From: an uncultured Dehalococcoidales bacterium | GTDB taxonomy: Bacteria > Chloroflexota > Dehalococcoidia > Dehalococcoidales > JAUYDJ01 | Assembly: GCA_964343135.1 (NCBI GenBank) | Contig: CAYFGR010000004.1 | Coordinates: forward strand, 1 to 39,060 | Direction of reading: 5' to 3' | DNA length: 39,060 bases | In this document: positions 10,069-19,900 of the stretch, piece after piece | Numbering within the stretch: position 1 is the stretch's first letter | How the letters are laid out: every line of letters begins with the position of its first letter | Translations under genes and position numbers: made by a program | The notes under the pieces: model-generated | Seen by the model: only the letters and a program-made list of their open reading frames with translations | What the model was told of the DNA's origin: nothing | Database searches by the model: none

Positions 10069-10659
10069 CTAAGACTGGTTTTCGCTGGAGTATTTCCCAT
10101 GGAAAACGAAATCGCCAATCTCTTTCCGGCGGCGAGGGGGCGGCTGTTCATCGGGCCATCCTAAGACTATTAGCTCGACAACTATCAAGTTATCGGGTAT
10201 GTCCAGAATTTTGATTACCTCGTCGGTGTCAAACATGCCGATGTGAACTGTTCCCAGGCCGAGAGTATGGGCGACTAGGGTGGCATTCTGCATCGCTAGC
10301 CCCACATCAAACATGAGCCACCATTCACCCTTTTCCGTGGCCGGTTGCCCCTTAATATCTTCACTGGTATGACACCCGGAAAGCCCGCGCTGAGCGCAGG
10401 CAACGATAAGGATTGGGGCTATCTTTACGGCTTCGGTTGCTGAGTTTTTGGCTCCCGGCTTGCGAGTTCTCAGTATCTCCGCCAGCTTTCCTCTTGTCTC
10501 CGGGTCACGGACGATAATCAGCCTCCAGCACTGAGAATTTGCCCAGGAAGGAGCCCACCGTGCCGCTTCCAGGACAGCGTTGAGTGCTTCTTCGGGAACA
10601 GGTTCAGAACGATACTTCCTGATGCTGCGTCGTTCCTTTATGGCTTGCATAACTTCCAT
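10069..10659 (-). CDS. Nitroreductase family protein
   Basis: RRSIRKY, ARWAPSWANSQ, GLGTVHIG. Confidence 0.9.
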   Translation of the reverse strand: MEVMQAIKERRSIRKYRSEPVPEEALNAVLEAARWAPSWANSQCWRLIIVRDPETRGKLAEILRTRKPGAKNSATEAVKIAPILIVACAQRGLSGCHTSEDIKGQPATEKGEWWLMFDVGLAMQNATLVAHTLGLGTVHIGMFDTDEVIKILDIPDNLIVVELIVLGWPDEQPPPRRRKEIGDFVFHGKYSSENQS

Positions 10660-10911
10660 GGTGATTGCCTCCTTTTATTATTACTGGAGCTCGCCGCTTT
10701 AACTTAGGGCGGGTAGTCGGATTACTTAATGGGCATTATCATCTGTGGCTCCGGTAGTTTTATTGATGGTATTTGTGAAATTAGCTACTTTCGGAAAACT
10801 CCCCGTACTCTCCTATCGTACCGCTCGGTTATATTTAATGGTAAACTCTTTTATTCTATAAATCAAATGGGTTATGCGGGCAATCGGTGAGTGGCAAACA
10901 GGTACCCTGGC

Positions 10912-10940
10912 TTGAGACGTTAACTGTAGCGTGCTATAGT
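10912..10940 (+). promoter_or_regulatory. sigma70 promoter upstream of tRNA-Leu
   Basis: TTGAGA-17 bp-TATAGT with extended -10 TG. Confidence 0.55.
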
Positions 10941-11018
10941 ATGGAGTAGATTTTAATAAATGTTGTCAGTCTTGTCGTCACATCTTGAATTCGGTTAACA
11001 GGCGGACTGATTTTTGCT

Positions 11019-11103
11019 GGGGGAGTGCCGGAATTGGCAGACGGGCCAGACTTAGGATCTGGTGCAGTAATGCGTGGGGGTTCGAGTCCCCCCTTCCCCA
11101 CCA
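11019..11103 (+). tRNA. tRNA-Leu (anticodon TAG)
   Basis: Acceptor GGGGGAG/CTTCCCC-A-CCA, D-loop AATTGGCAGA, anticodon arm CCAGA-CTTAGGA-TCTGG, long variable arm, T-arm GGGGG-TTCGAGT-CCCCC. Confidence 0.96.
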
Positions 11104-11600
11104 TAGTGGACAATAAGGGGAACTACACAGGTCTCGCTAACCAACTTACTTTCGAAGGCCGGTAAATTATAGGCGAGTAAGACCCCCGTACCAGTGCCCC
11201 GTACTTCACTAATAAAACTCCTAATAAACGATTTCTTCTCAGCCAAGGTACTATCGTTAAGCAAATTGTGTAAGTCCGCCATGTACTGGGTCACGGTTTC
11301 CAGGTCTGCCAGCTCCACTCTTCTATCTGACAACAGCATTTCTAATTCATACCTGGATATTTGCAATTGTTCCTGGCGTTGTCTCAAGTCCTTAATACGT
11401 GGTGCTAGGTCGGCAAGCTGCAACGGCCCTGTTTCCAGGACATCAGTTTCCGGAACACCGGGTTTGCTTTCAAGGGTGCTGTTCAAGGCTGTTCTCAGGT
11501 GCTCCTCGGCATCAGAAAGAGTGTCCTGAATAGTGGTCGAGTCACTTCCGGCCACTTCCTTCTCGAGTTGGTCTAAATATTCATTAATGTCTTGTATCAT
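11052..11600 (-). pseudogene. Chimeric ORF: HAAS/sensor-protein N-terminus fused to a large serine recombinase C-terminus that reads antisense into the tRNA
   Basis: N-term INEYLDQLEKEVAGSD..TIQDTLSDAEEHL; C-term LETG.LQLADLAPRIKDL...EKKSFIRSFI.EV...IVHYGG then tRNA antisense; no catalytic domain. Confidence 0.7.
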
Positions 11601-11730
11601 CGTGCTCCCCTTCCAGTATAGTATTTACAGATACCTTGATCCGGGACCATATTTCGGCCCACCTTTTCAGAGTCTCCCGACCGGATTCGGTTATTCGGTA
11701 ATAACGCCGGGGCGGTCCGGATACCGAAAT
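11584..11730 (-). pseudogene. PadR-family regulator C-terminal remnant
   Basis: SVSGPPRRYYRITESGRETLKRWAEIWSRIKVSVNTILEGEHDDTRH*; stop overlaps the HAAS ORF start; N-terminus missing. Confidence 0.75.
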
Positions 11731-12024
11731 ATGTCAAACTTGAATATACTTAGGGAGTGCAATTATGCGGATGATTCAGGGTCTTTACAATTGATTAGGT
11801 GCCTATATATATTTAAATTCTAAGTATTTCTCCCATATTCGTTTGTATTAGATGGGAACCCTTCATATGAAACAGGTTGAAGGGAATTCAGGATACACTT
11901 TTGTAATTTTGGGTAGCCGGATTATTCCGGAGTGGCGTAAGGCTTACTGGAACGAGTATTTGCTGAATATTCTTGTCTTTCGGCCCCCTGTTCTTTAGGA
12001 TATTTACGGAAACATTGCGCTTAA

Positions 12025-12053
12025 TTGCAAAAGTATTGCTTTTGTGGTATGCT
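12025..12053 (+). promoter_or_regulatory. Putative sigma70 promoter of the RNA-binding module
   Basis: TTGCAA-17 bp-TATGCT with extended -10 TG; inverted repeat CAAAAG-N5-CTTTTG overlapping the -35 end and spacer. Confidence 0.45.
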
Positions 12054-12168
12054 TGGAGTAAGTTCCAGTTTAGGTTATGACAAGTTTCCCGAAAATTACT
12101 CATATAGAGTTTTCTTAGGTATTGGATGACCCGAACTCTAACTAATTATTAAGAGAGGAGGTCATCTA

Positions 12169-12468
12169 ATGAGTTTTCAGGACAAGTCTATCCAGTGCTC
12201 CGATTGCGGTATTACGTTTACTTTTAGCGCTGAAGACCAGGAATTTTTCCAGTCTAAAGGTTACACTAACGAGCCCAAGCGCTGTCCGGACTGCCGCCGG
12301 GCGAGAAAAGCAGAACGGTTCGGTAACGGCAGTTACGGAGCTCCGCGTCAGATGTTCCCAACGACCTGCGCTGAGTGTGGTGAAAGCACCGAAGTCCCCT
12401 TCCAACCTCGCGGTGATAAGCCCGTTTACTGTAGTGATTGCTATCGTAAAATCCGACCCAGTAGATAA
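12169..12468 (+). CDS. Zinc-ribbon protein (zf-trcl plus CxxC-x17-CxxC domain)
   Basis: CSDC...EQ-like EDQEFF...PKRCPDC and CAEC...VPFQP...PVYCSDC; RBS GAGGAGG. Confidence 0.9.
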   Translation: MSFQDKSIQCSDCGITFTFSAEDQEFFQSKGYTNEPKRCPDCRRARKAERFGNGSYGAPRQMFPTTCAECGESTEVPFQPRGDKPVYCSDCYRKIRPSR

Positions 12469-12536
12469 GAGAGGTTAAGCCAGGAGCCGTCTCCAGACCG
12501 ATTTCTCGACCTGGAGGCGGCCCGGGTAAGCGTGAG

Positions 12537-12725
12537 TTGTCTTTAAAAGTGTCAATACATGATGGTGAATCACAAGAGTCGCTGCTGCGCCGCTTTCAGA
12601 GAATGGTGCAGATGAGCGGTGTCTTGCGGGAAGTAAAGGCCAAACGCCATTTCATATCCAAGGGCGAGGCAGCCCGTATCAAGGCCAAGAAGAACGCCAA
12701 ACGGCGGCGGCGACAGGGATATTAA
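12537..12725 (+). CDS. rpsU: 30S ribosomal protein bS21
   Basis: GESQESLLRRFQRMV..SGVLREVKAKRHF.SK..A basic tail; 62 aa; TTG start. Confidence 0.88.
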   Translation: MSLKVSIHDGESQESLLRRFQRMVQMSGVLREVKAKRHFISKGEAARIKAKKNAKRRRRQGY

Positions 12726-12766
12726 TCCGAAGACGGAATAATATCCGGGATAAATGGTAAATATTA

Positions 12767-13045
12767 GTGAAAATATATGTGGGCAACCTATCCTTTGATA
12801 TTACCGAGGGCGAGATTGCGGCAGAATTCGGGACTTATGGTACGGTGGAATCTGTCGCCATTCCTTCCGACAGGCTCAGTGGGCGGCCCCGGGGCTTTGC
12901 CTTTGTGGAAATGGCTTCAAAATCTGAGGCCGAAGCCGCTATCGAGGGTCTTAACGGAAAGGTGCTAAAAAACCGTACTATCGTGGTCAATAAGTCGCGT
13001 CCCCGCTCGGACAACAGGGGTGGTGGCGGGCAGCGGAGATATTAG
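12767..13045 (+). CDS. RRM (RNP-1) RNA-binding protein
   Basis: RNP2 IYVGNL, RNP1 RGFAFVEM, Gly/Arg tail. Confidence 0.93.
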   Translation: MKIYVGNLSFDITEGEIAAEFGTYGTVESVAIPSDRLSGRPRGFAFVEMASKSEAEAAIEGLNGKVLKNRTIVVNKSRPRSDNRGGGGQRRY

Positions 13046-13147
13046 GCAACCCGGCGACTCGGCTTCGTACCGATAACGGTGTGTATTTTACTGAATCGTC
13101 CGTCGCAAATCGGGGCAGCATAACCGATTTGAAAGTAGAGGGGTACC

Positions 13148-13480
13148 ATGAATATCTATGTGGGAAACCTATCGCTCGAAACGACCGGAGACGAACTGCG
13201 TACGGAATTCACGCAATTTGGGGAAGTGATCTCTGTGACCATCATGGACGATAGGTATATTGGCAGCGGCCAACCGAGGGGCTATGGATATGTTGAAATG
13301 GCCTCGAAATCCGAAGGCGCTACCGCGATTGCCAATCTGGACGGGAAAAAACTGAGGAACCGGATTGTTACTGTCGTTGAAGCCTTGCCTCTCTCGAGTA
13401 AAAACGGAACGGGACCTCTCAATATCGGAGGCAGCAACCGATTTAATAAAAAAAGAGAAAGAAGATACATGGTTAATTAA
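13148..13480 (+). CDS. RRM (RNP-1) RNA-binding protein
   Basis: RNP2 IYVGNL, RNP1 RGYGYVEM; RBS GAGGGG. Confidence 0.93.
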   Translation: MNIYVGNLSLETTGDELRTEFTQFGEVISVTIMDDRYIGSGQPRGYGYVEMASKSEGATAIANLDGKKLRNRIVTVVEALPLSSKNGTGPLNIGGSNRFNKKRERRYMVN

Positions 13481-13525
13481 ACATCTGCGTTGCAGGTGTT
13501 TGGTCAGTATTTTTCAAGGAGTTTA

Positions 13526-14740
13526 ATGAGTTTCGATACTTTTAATTTTCATCCGAGCATCATGTCCGGTGTACGTGCGCTCTGTTATTCCACACCTACA
13601 CCAATACAATTGCAGGCCATGCCGCCGATTATACAGGGGAGAGACGTTATTGGTTTAGCCCAGACCGGAACTGGTAAGACGGCCGCTTTCGCACTGCCGA
13701 TTTTGCAGCGTTTGCAGTCAGGCTCACGAGGTTGTGTTCGGGCTCTGATAATCTCGCCCACACGCGAACTGGCGGATCAGATATGCGAGGTATTCAGCAA
13801 ACTGGGGCGTAAAACCAGAGTGCAAAGTGTGGCTGTCTACGGTGGGGTGAGCATGGAACAGCAAATACGGGCGCTGTGTAGCAGGCCGGAAATCGTCGTT
13901 GCCTGTCCGGGCCGACTGCTTGACCACCTGTGGAAGGGGACAATAAATTTGGCTGAGCTGGAAATCCTCGTTGTTGACGAGGCCGACCGTATGTTCGATA
14001 TGGGCTTTCTGCCTGATATACGTAATATTCTGGGGTGCATTCTGCACAAACACCAGACATTGCTTTTCTCGGCCACCATGCCCGCCGGTATCCGACGCCT
14101 TGTGCGTGATATCCTGCATGACCCGGTCACCGTACAGATCGGCCGCACCTTACCGGCAAAAACGGTGTCACATGCCCTGTATCCGGTACAACAGCACCTC
14201 AAAACAACTTTGCTTAAGGAAATATTGAATAAAACCAAAACGGGGTCAGTGCTTGTCTTTACCCGCACTAAACATCGTGCTGAACGTGTGGCACAGCAGC
14301 TGGTAAGAGTTGGCTTTAGGGTGACTTCACTGCAGGGGAATCTGTCCCAGAACCAGAGGCAGGCGGCGCTTACCGGATTCCGTAACGGCTCAATCAAGAT
14401 TTTAGTGGCGACCGATATTGCTGCCCGCGGTATCGATGTTTTGAGTATTTCCCACGTCATCAATTACGATATGCCGGAAAGTACGGATGACTACATCCAT
14501 CGAATCGGTCGTACCGGACGGGTCGATAAAAATGGTGATGCGTTAACATTTGTGACACGTGCTGATGCGAGTAAGATACGGGCTCTTGAGCAGCTTCTTG
14601 ACACGCCGCTGGAACGTATGACGCTTCAAGACTTTGATTACAGTAAGCCGGCACCGGACAGAGAACTACGTCCTTCGCAGCAGCCGCGACGGCGCTTCGT
14701 AAGAGGACAAGCGATGGGTAGACCAATGGCGAGATGGTAG
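13526..14740 (+). CDS. DEAD-box RNA helicase (RhlE-like)
   Basis: PTPIQ, AQTGTGKT, PTRELA, DEADRM, SAT, ATDIAARGID, HRIGRTGR; start at ATG 13526 after RBS AAGGAG. Confidence 0.95.
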   Translation: MSFDTFNFHPSIMSGVRALCYSTPTPIQLQAMPPIIQGRDVIGLAQTGTGKTAAFALPILQRLQSGSRGCVRALIISPTRELADQICEVFSKLGRKTRVQSVAVYGGVSMEQQIRALCSRPEIVVACPGRLLDHLWKGTINLAELEILVVDEADRMFDMGFLPDIRNILGCILHKHQTLLFSATMPAGIRRLVRDILHDPVTVQIGRTLPAKTVSHALYPVQQHLKTTLLKEILNKTKTGSVLVFTRTKHRAERVAQQLVRVGFRVTSLQGNLSQNQRQAALTGFRNGSIKILVATDIAARGIDVLSISHVINYDMPESTDDYIHRIGRTGRVDKNGDALTFVTRADASKIRALEQLLDTPLERMTLQDFDYSKPAPDRELRPSQQPRRRFVRGQAMGRPMARW

Positions 14741-14760
14741 AAACATAAACGATGTTATGC

Positions 14761-14922
14761 TTAGGTCTGGCTATTAGTCAATATTGGTTTATCTAATTCG
14801 TCTTTAATACCAGTATCTACCGCACTACCATTCCGCCCCAGATACTCTAGAAAATCATCTATTTTGCTGTCAGCAACAATAAACTCTATACTATTGTTGA
14901 TAAGTACGTAGTTATTTGGCAT
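14761..14922 (-). CDS. Small hypothetical protein (53 aa), absent from the ORF track
   Basis: RBS AAGGAGG 6 nt before ATG; MPNNYVLINNSIEFIVADSKIDDFLEYLGRNGSAVDTGIKDELDKPILTNSQT*. Confidence 0.6.
   Translation of the reverse strand: MPNNYVLINNSIEFIVADSKIDDFLEYLGRNGSAVDTGIKDELDKPILTNSQT
14840..14904. repeat. 65-bp direct repeat, copy 1
   Basis: AGATACTCTAGAAAATCATC...ATTGTTGATAAG; 58/65 identical to 23775-23839 by manual alignment. Confidence 0.9.
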
Positions 14923-15478
14923 TGTTTGCCTCCTTTTTACCTGCGCTCAAGGAATAGTTACCATAGATTATCACAGGTTAGCTAGTAATCGGTTGACTAT
15001 TCCACCGGCCCAAAATTCAGGGGATTTCTGTTTTCCCTCCCCAGTTTGGCAGCTGTAGTGCTCACTCAAAGTCTAGGGTCGGGGTGCCTTAATTGAATGC
15101 ATTTCTGCAGATGGCGCCGCCGGGAAATACCGGAAATACCCGCTGTCCGCGTGATCGGAAATTGTGAAAGATAATTTAGTTATGCTAAAATATGAATGGT
15201 GCTGTATTGCCTGTTTACCAGTTATTCCAAAATATCGGCCAAAACATATATTTGTGTCTTAAAGTCTTAAGCCAGGCAAGATGCTGGAGCGGAATGACTT
15301 TTGTAGACATGATTGAGATGTAAAAGGAACTGATATCGGTACATTAAGCCTGAGAGCGGAATATTACTTTATTGCAAGTGTGAATTCCCGATGACTAAGA
15401 GCGGTTAGACCGTGTGCTTTGATACCTCACCTTTTCGCACATTCTGGCTAAAACCATGAACCGTGAAAGAGTGATTAA

Positions 15479-16057
15479 ATGATGGCATTAGATATACCAG
15501 AGACAATTACTCCTAATCCGAAGTCTCGCGTGATGATAGAGGAGCTGAGCGGGCAGAAAGTATCCAGTTGTTTTCAATGTACAAAGTGTACCAACGGGTG
15601 CCCGGTAACATTCGCCATGGATATTGCGCCCCATAAGCTGATTCACCTTCTTCAGTTCGGCCAAATTGATGAAATTCTCTGCAGTGATACTATCTGGGTG
15701 TGCGTTTCATGCGAAACCTGTACAACAAGGTGCCCCAATAGTATCGATATCGCGCACATTATGGACAGCCTGCGGCAACTATCCCAGTGTCAGGGTATCA
15801 AGACTTCCCAGCATAGTATTACTGCCTTCCACTCCGCATTTCTAGCCTCAATAAAAAGGCACGGTAGGGTACACGAAACGGAGATGGTTCTCACTCATGC
15901 GATTAGGGGCGTCGGATTGTTTGGACTTCTGAAGCTCGCCGGTCTGGGGTTCAACATGTTCCGAAAAGGGAAAATCAAGCTAATGCCCAGCCGTATTCGA
16001 GCAATAAAAGACATAAGAAAGTTATTCACAAAAGCTGAGGGCGGTACAATATGCTAA
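15479..16057 (+). CDS. hdrC: Heterodisulfide reductase subunit C-like
   Basis: CFQCTKCTNGCP and IWVCVSCETCTTRCP. Confidence 0.92.
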   Translation: MMALDIPETITPNPKSRVMIEELSGQKVSSCFQCTKCTNGCPVTFAMDIAPHKLIHLLQFGQIDEILCSDTIWVCVSCETCTTRCPNSIDIAHIMDSLRQLSQCQGIKTSQHSITAFHSAFLASIKRHGRVHETEMVLTHAIRGVGLFGLLKLAGLGFNMFRKGKIKLMPSRIRAIKDIRKLFTKAEGGTIC

Positions 16058-16908
16058 GTGTTTTGTATTACCCCGGGTGTGCCCTTGACGGTACGGCCAA
16101 GGAATATGGCGAGTCTACCGAAGCCGTGTGTAAGGCTCTTGGCGTAGAACTGAAGGAGTTGGATGACTGGACTTGTTGCGGCGCGTCATCGGCCCATGCT
16201 ACAAACGACTTGTTGTCCGTGAGCCTCCCCGCCAGGAATATGGAGATTGCCGATAAGGTCGGTCTGGATCTGGTGGTTCCCTGCGCTGCCTGTTACCACA
16301 GGTTAAAGTTTGCCGAGAAGGAATTGCTGGCGGGAAAGGACATAGACGGCATCACACGCCAATATGAAGGTAATATCGGCGTCAAACATTTTGTGGATTT
16401 CGTATGGGAAGACATCGGTGAGAAAACCATAATTTCGAAAATAAAGAAGCCCCTGAAGGATTTGAAGGTAGTCTGTTACTACGGTTGTCTTATAACCAGG
16501 CCCCCTAAGATTACCGATGCCAGGAATCCCGAAGACCCGCAGACTATGGATAAAGTAATGAAGAGTCTGGGAGCAGAGATTAAGAACTGGTCGTATAAGA
16601 CTGACTGCTGCGGGGCTAATCTGGTACTTACCCGCACCGACATTGCCCTGCAGTTGATTCAGAAGCTTCTTGATAGGGCAGAGGAGGCGGGGGCGGATTG
16701 CATTGTTACCGGGTGTCCTATGTGTTTCTCAAATCTGGATAGCTGGCAAAAGGATATTGCCCGGAAAACTGGTAAAAATATTACGATACCGATTTTCTAT
16801 TTTAGCGAATTGATGGGTCTGGCATTCGATGACGCATCTGTGCCGAAGTGGTTGGGGCGACATTTTGTGGACACAAGTCCACTGCTCGAGCAGAAAGGAT
16901 TAATCTAA
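16051..16908 (+). CDS. hdrB: Heterodisulfide reductase subunit B-like
   Basis: Two CCG domains: YYPGC, WTCCG, CAAC, YYGC, DCCG, CPMC. Confidence 0.93.
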   Translation: MLSVLYYPGCALDGTAKEYGESTEAVCKALGVELKELDDWTCCGASSAHATNDLLSVSLPARNMEIADKVGLDLVVPCAACYHRLKFAEKELLAGKDIDGITRQYEGNIGVKHFVDFVWEDIGEKTIISKIKKPLKDLKVVCYYGCLITRPPKITDARNPEDPQTMDKVMKSLGAEIKNWSYKTDCCGANLVLTRTDIALQLIQKLLDRAEEAGADCIVTGCPMCFSNLDSWQKDIARKTGKNITIPIFYFSELMGLAFDDASVPKWLGRHFVDTSPLLEQKGLI

Positions 16909-16919
16909 AAGGTGCGACC

Positions 16920-19900
16920 ATGAACGGTGACGGAAATACAGAGCGGGCGAATCACCAAAAAATAGGGGCGGTTATGGTAGTGGGGGGAGGCATCAGCGGG
17001 ATGCAGTCGGCGGTGGACCTGGCTAACTCTGGCTTTAAGGTGTATCTGGTTGAAGAAGCCACCGCTATTGGCGGCAGGATGGCCCAGCTTGATAAGACCT
17101 TTCCTACTAATGACTGCTCCATGTGTATGATATCACCAAAGCTGATTGAGGTGGTAAAACATAACAATATTGAGATTATTACTAATGCCCAGGTGGATTC
17201 AGTAGACGGCGAAGAAGGCAACTTTCAGGTTAGTGTATTAAAGAAGCCCCGATACATTGATGAAGTTAAATGCACCAGCTGTGGAGATTGTGTTGAAGCC
17301 TGTCCCGTCATGCTATCGAACGAATTTGAACAGGGTTTGAACACCCGTAAGGCAGCTTATAAACGGTATCCCCAGGCCATACCCGACACCATGGCGATAA
17401 GCAAAACAAATAGACCGCCATGCAAACTAAGTTGTCCCGCAGGGTGTAACGGGCAGGGTTACATTTCCCTTATTTCCCAGGGAATGTATGTTGAAGCACT
17501 TAATCACATCAAGCAATGGATACCTTTGCCGGCAGTCCTGGGTAGAATATGTCATCATCCCTGCGAGCTGCAGTGTAATCGAAGCGAGATAGGTAAGCCG
17601 GTTAATATTACACGTCTGAAGAGATTTGTCGCCGACCATGTTCGAAAACAAAGAGAAGGTGGTTTAATTCCACCGGAGATAAAACCGGTAATAGACCACT
17701 CGAAATCCAAAGTTGCTGTAGTAGGTTCAGGGCCATCGGGACTTTCTTGTGCCTCCGATTTGGCCAGAAACGGTTATCCGGTTACTATTTTTGAGCAAAA
17801 CTCCGAGCCCGGCGGCCAGCTGCAACTCACTATCCCCAGGTATCGACTGCCCAGGGATGCATTGGCCGCTGAAATTCAGGATATTATCGATATGGGCATA
17901 GAATTGAAACTTAATACCTCTATCGGTGTAGATACCTCCCTCAATGATTTAAAATCACAAGGTTATGAAGCAATATACCTTGCCGTCGGTGCCCAGAAGA
18001 GCACCGGCCTGTCCATTTCTGGGGAAGACCTGCCCGGGATTCTGCCAGCGCTTGATTTTCTGAGAGATGTCAATTCGGGCAAAGAAATCAAGATCGGTAA
18101 AAAAGTAGTAGTTACCGGCGGCGGTAATGTAGCTATAGATACCGCCAGAACTGCCCTTAGATTTGGAGCGGAAGTCAGCATTATTTACCGCCGTACCGAA
18201 GTAGAAATGCCGGCACTCCCCGAAGAGGTTGAAGGTGCCAGAGAAGAAGGCATCAAATTTCAATTCCTTACTAACCCTAAGCAATTTTTGAGTGATGGAA
18301 AGAATCACTTGGTTGGTGTTGAGTGCAACGAAATGGAGCTCGGTGAGCCTGATGAAAGCGGACGGCGGCGTCCGATTGCCAAACCCGATACTTTCACTAT
18401 CGAATGTGATATGGTGATAGTAGCCATAGGGCAGGGCACCGAACTACCCGGCCTTCTAGACGAAACAGCTATAAGAACTAAGCCGAACAGCTTTATTGTC
18501 GCTGACCCGTTGACTCTGGCTACCAGCGAGCCGGGTATTTTTGCCGGCGGCGATGGAGTTACCGGTCCGAAGTCGGCTGTCGAAGCGATAAACCATGGTC
18601 ATGAAGCCGCTATTTCCATTGAGCGTTACCTCACCGGAGGCGATCTTAGCGAAGGACGTGAAAAGCCGGAAGAAGAGCCGTCCCCGCTGCCTGAGGGTGA
18701 ACATGAGGAGAAAGAAAGGTTATCTGCTAAAAAAATATCACTGGAGAGGAGACTCTCCGGTTTTGACGAGGTAGAGCCATGCTATACGGAAGAGGAAGCC
18801 CGGGCGGAGACCGAACGTTGTCTTGATTGCGGCTTGTGCAGCGAATGTCTCCAGTGTGTTGCCGTTTGCCAGACTAACGCTATTTACCACACTATGAAAG
18901 AAGAGACACTCCAGTTTTCGGTGGGCTCGGTGATCTTGGCGTCCGGATTCGACCCCTTCGATGCTTCGCTTAAGGGTGAGGACGGCTATGGGCGTATGAA
19001 AAACGTTGTCACCAGCCTTGAATTTGAACGTATTCTGTCGGCTTCCGGCCCTTTTCAGGGGCAGGTTTTACGTCCTTCGGATGGTAAACATCCGGTGAAA
19101 GTAGCCTGGATTCAGTGCGTGGGCTCAAGGGATGAAGCCTGCGGTCAGGATTATTGCTCTTCGGTCTGCTGCATGTACGCCACGAAAGAGGCAATTATTG
19201 CCCTCGAGCATGATAGTAGCCTACAACCTACCATTTTCTATAACGATCTCAGGGCTTTCGGCAAAGGGTTTGAAAGGTATTACGAATCAGCCAAAAACAA
19301 GTTTGGCGTACGTTATATAAAGGGTATTCCGTCAGCAGTTAAGGAACCGCAGCAAAGTAATAATCTGCTTTTAGACTATATTGGCGAAGACGGGCAAAAA
19401 ATTGAGGAAGAATTCGACATGGTCGTCTTATCAGTCGGGTTGGTGCCTTCCGCCAGCAGTAAAGACCTGGCTGGCAGGCTTAGCATAGAGCTGGATAAGT
19501 TCGGCTTCTGCCGTACTGATGAGGTGCAGCCTAATGTTACCTCGCGACCCGGCATTTTTGTTGCGGGCGCCTTTGAAGCTCCCATGGACATACCTGAATC
19601 GGTGATGAGCGCCAGCAGCGCCGCGTGCCTGGCATCACAGGTAATAGCCGATGTCCGTGATACGATGGTAACGGAAAAGGTATACCCCGATGAAATAGAT
19701 GTAGATGGGCAAGAACCACGAGTAGGCGTATTCGTCTGCCGGTGCGGAACGAATATTTCCCGGGTTGTTGACGTACCCGGCGTTGCCCAGTACGCGGCTA
19801 TGCTGCCAAATGTGGTACACACCGAGGAAAATCTCTATACCTGTTCTACGGATACGCAGGACAAAATAATCGAAGTAATTAAGGAAAAGGGATTAAACCG

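Noticed and set aside
15031-15043. Possible attR copy of the tRNA-Leu 3' end (CCCTCCCCA)
   Set aside because: Too short, imperfect and low in complexity.
16848-16919. N-terminal extensions in the ORF track (hdrA 16848, helicase 13490, OYE 27959)
   Set aside because: Downstream ATGs have better RBSs or avoid gene overlap, and match where family similarity begins.
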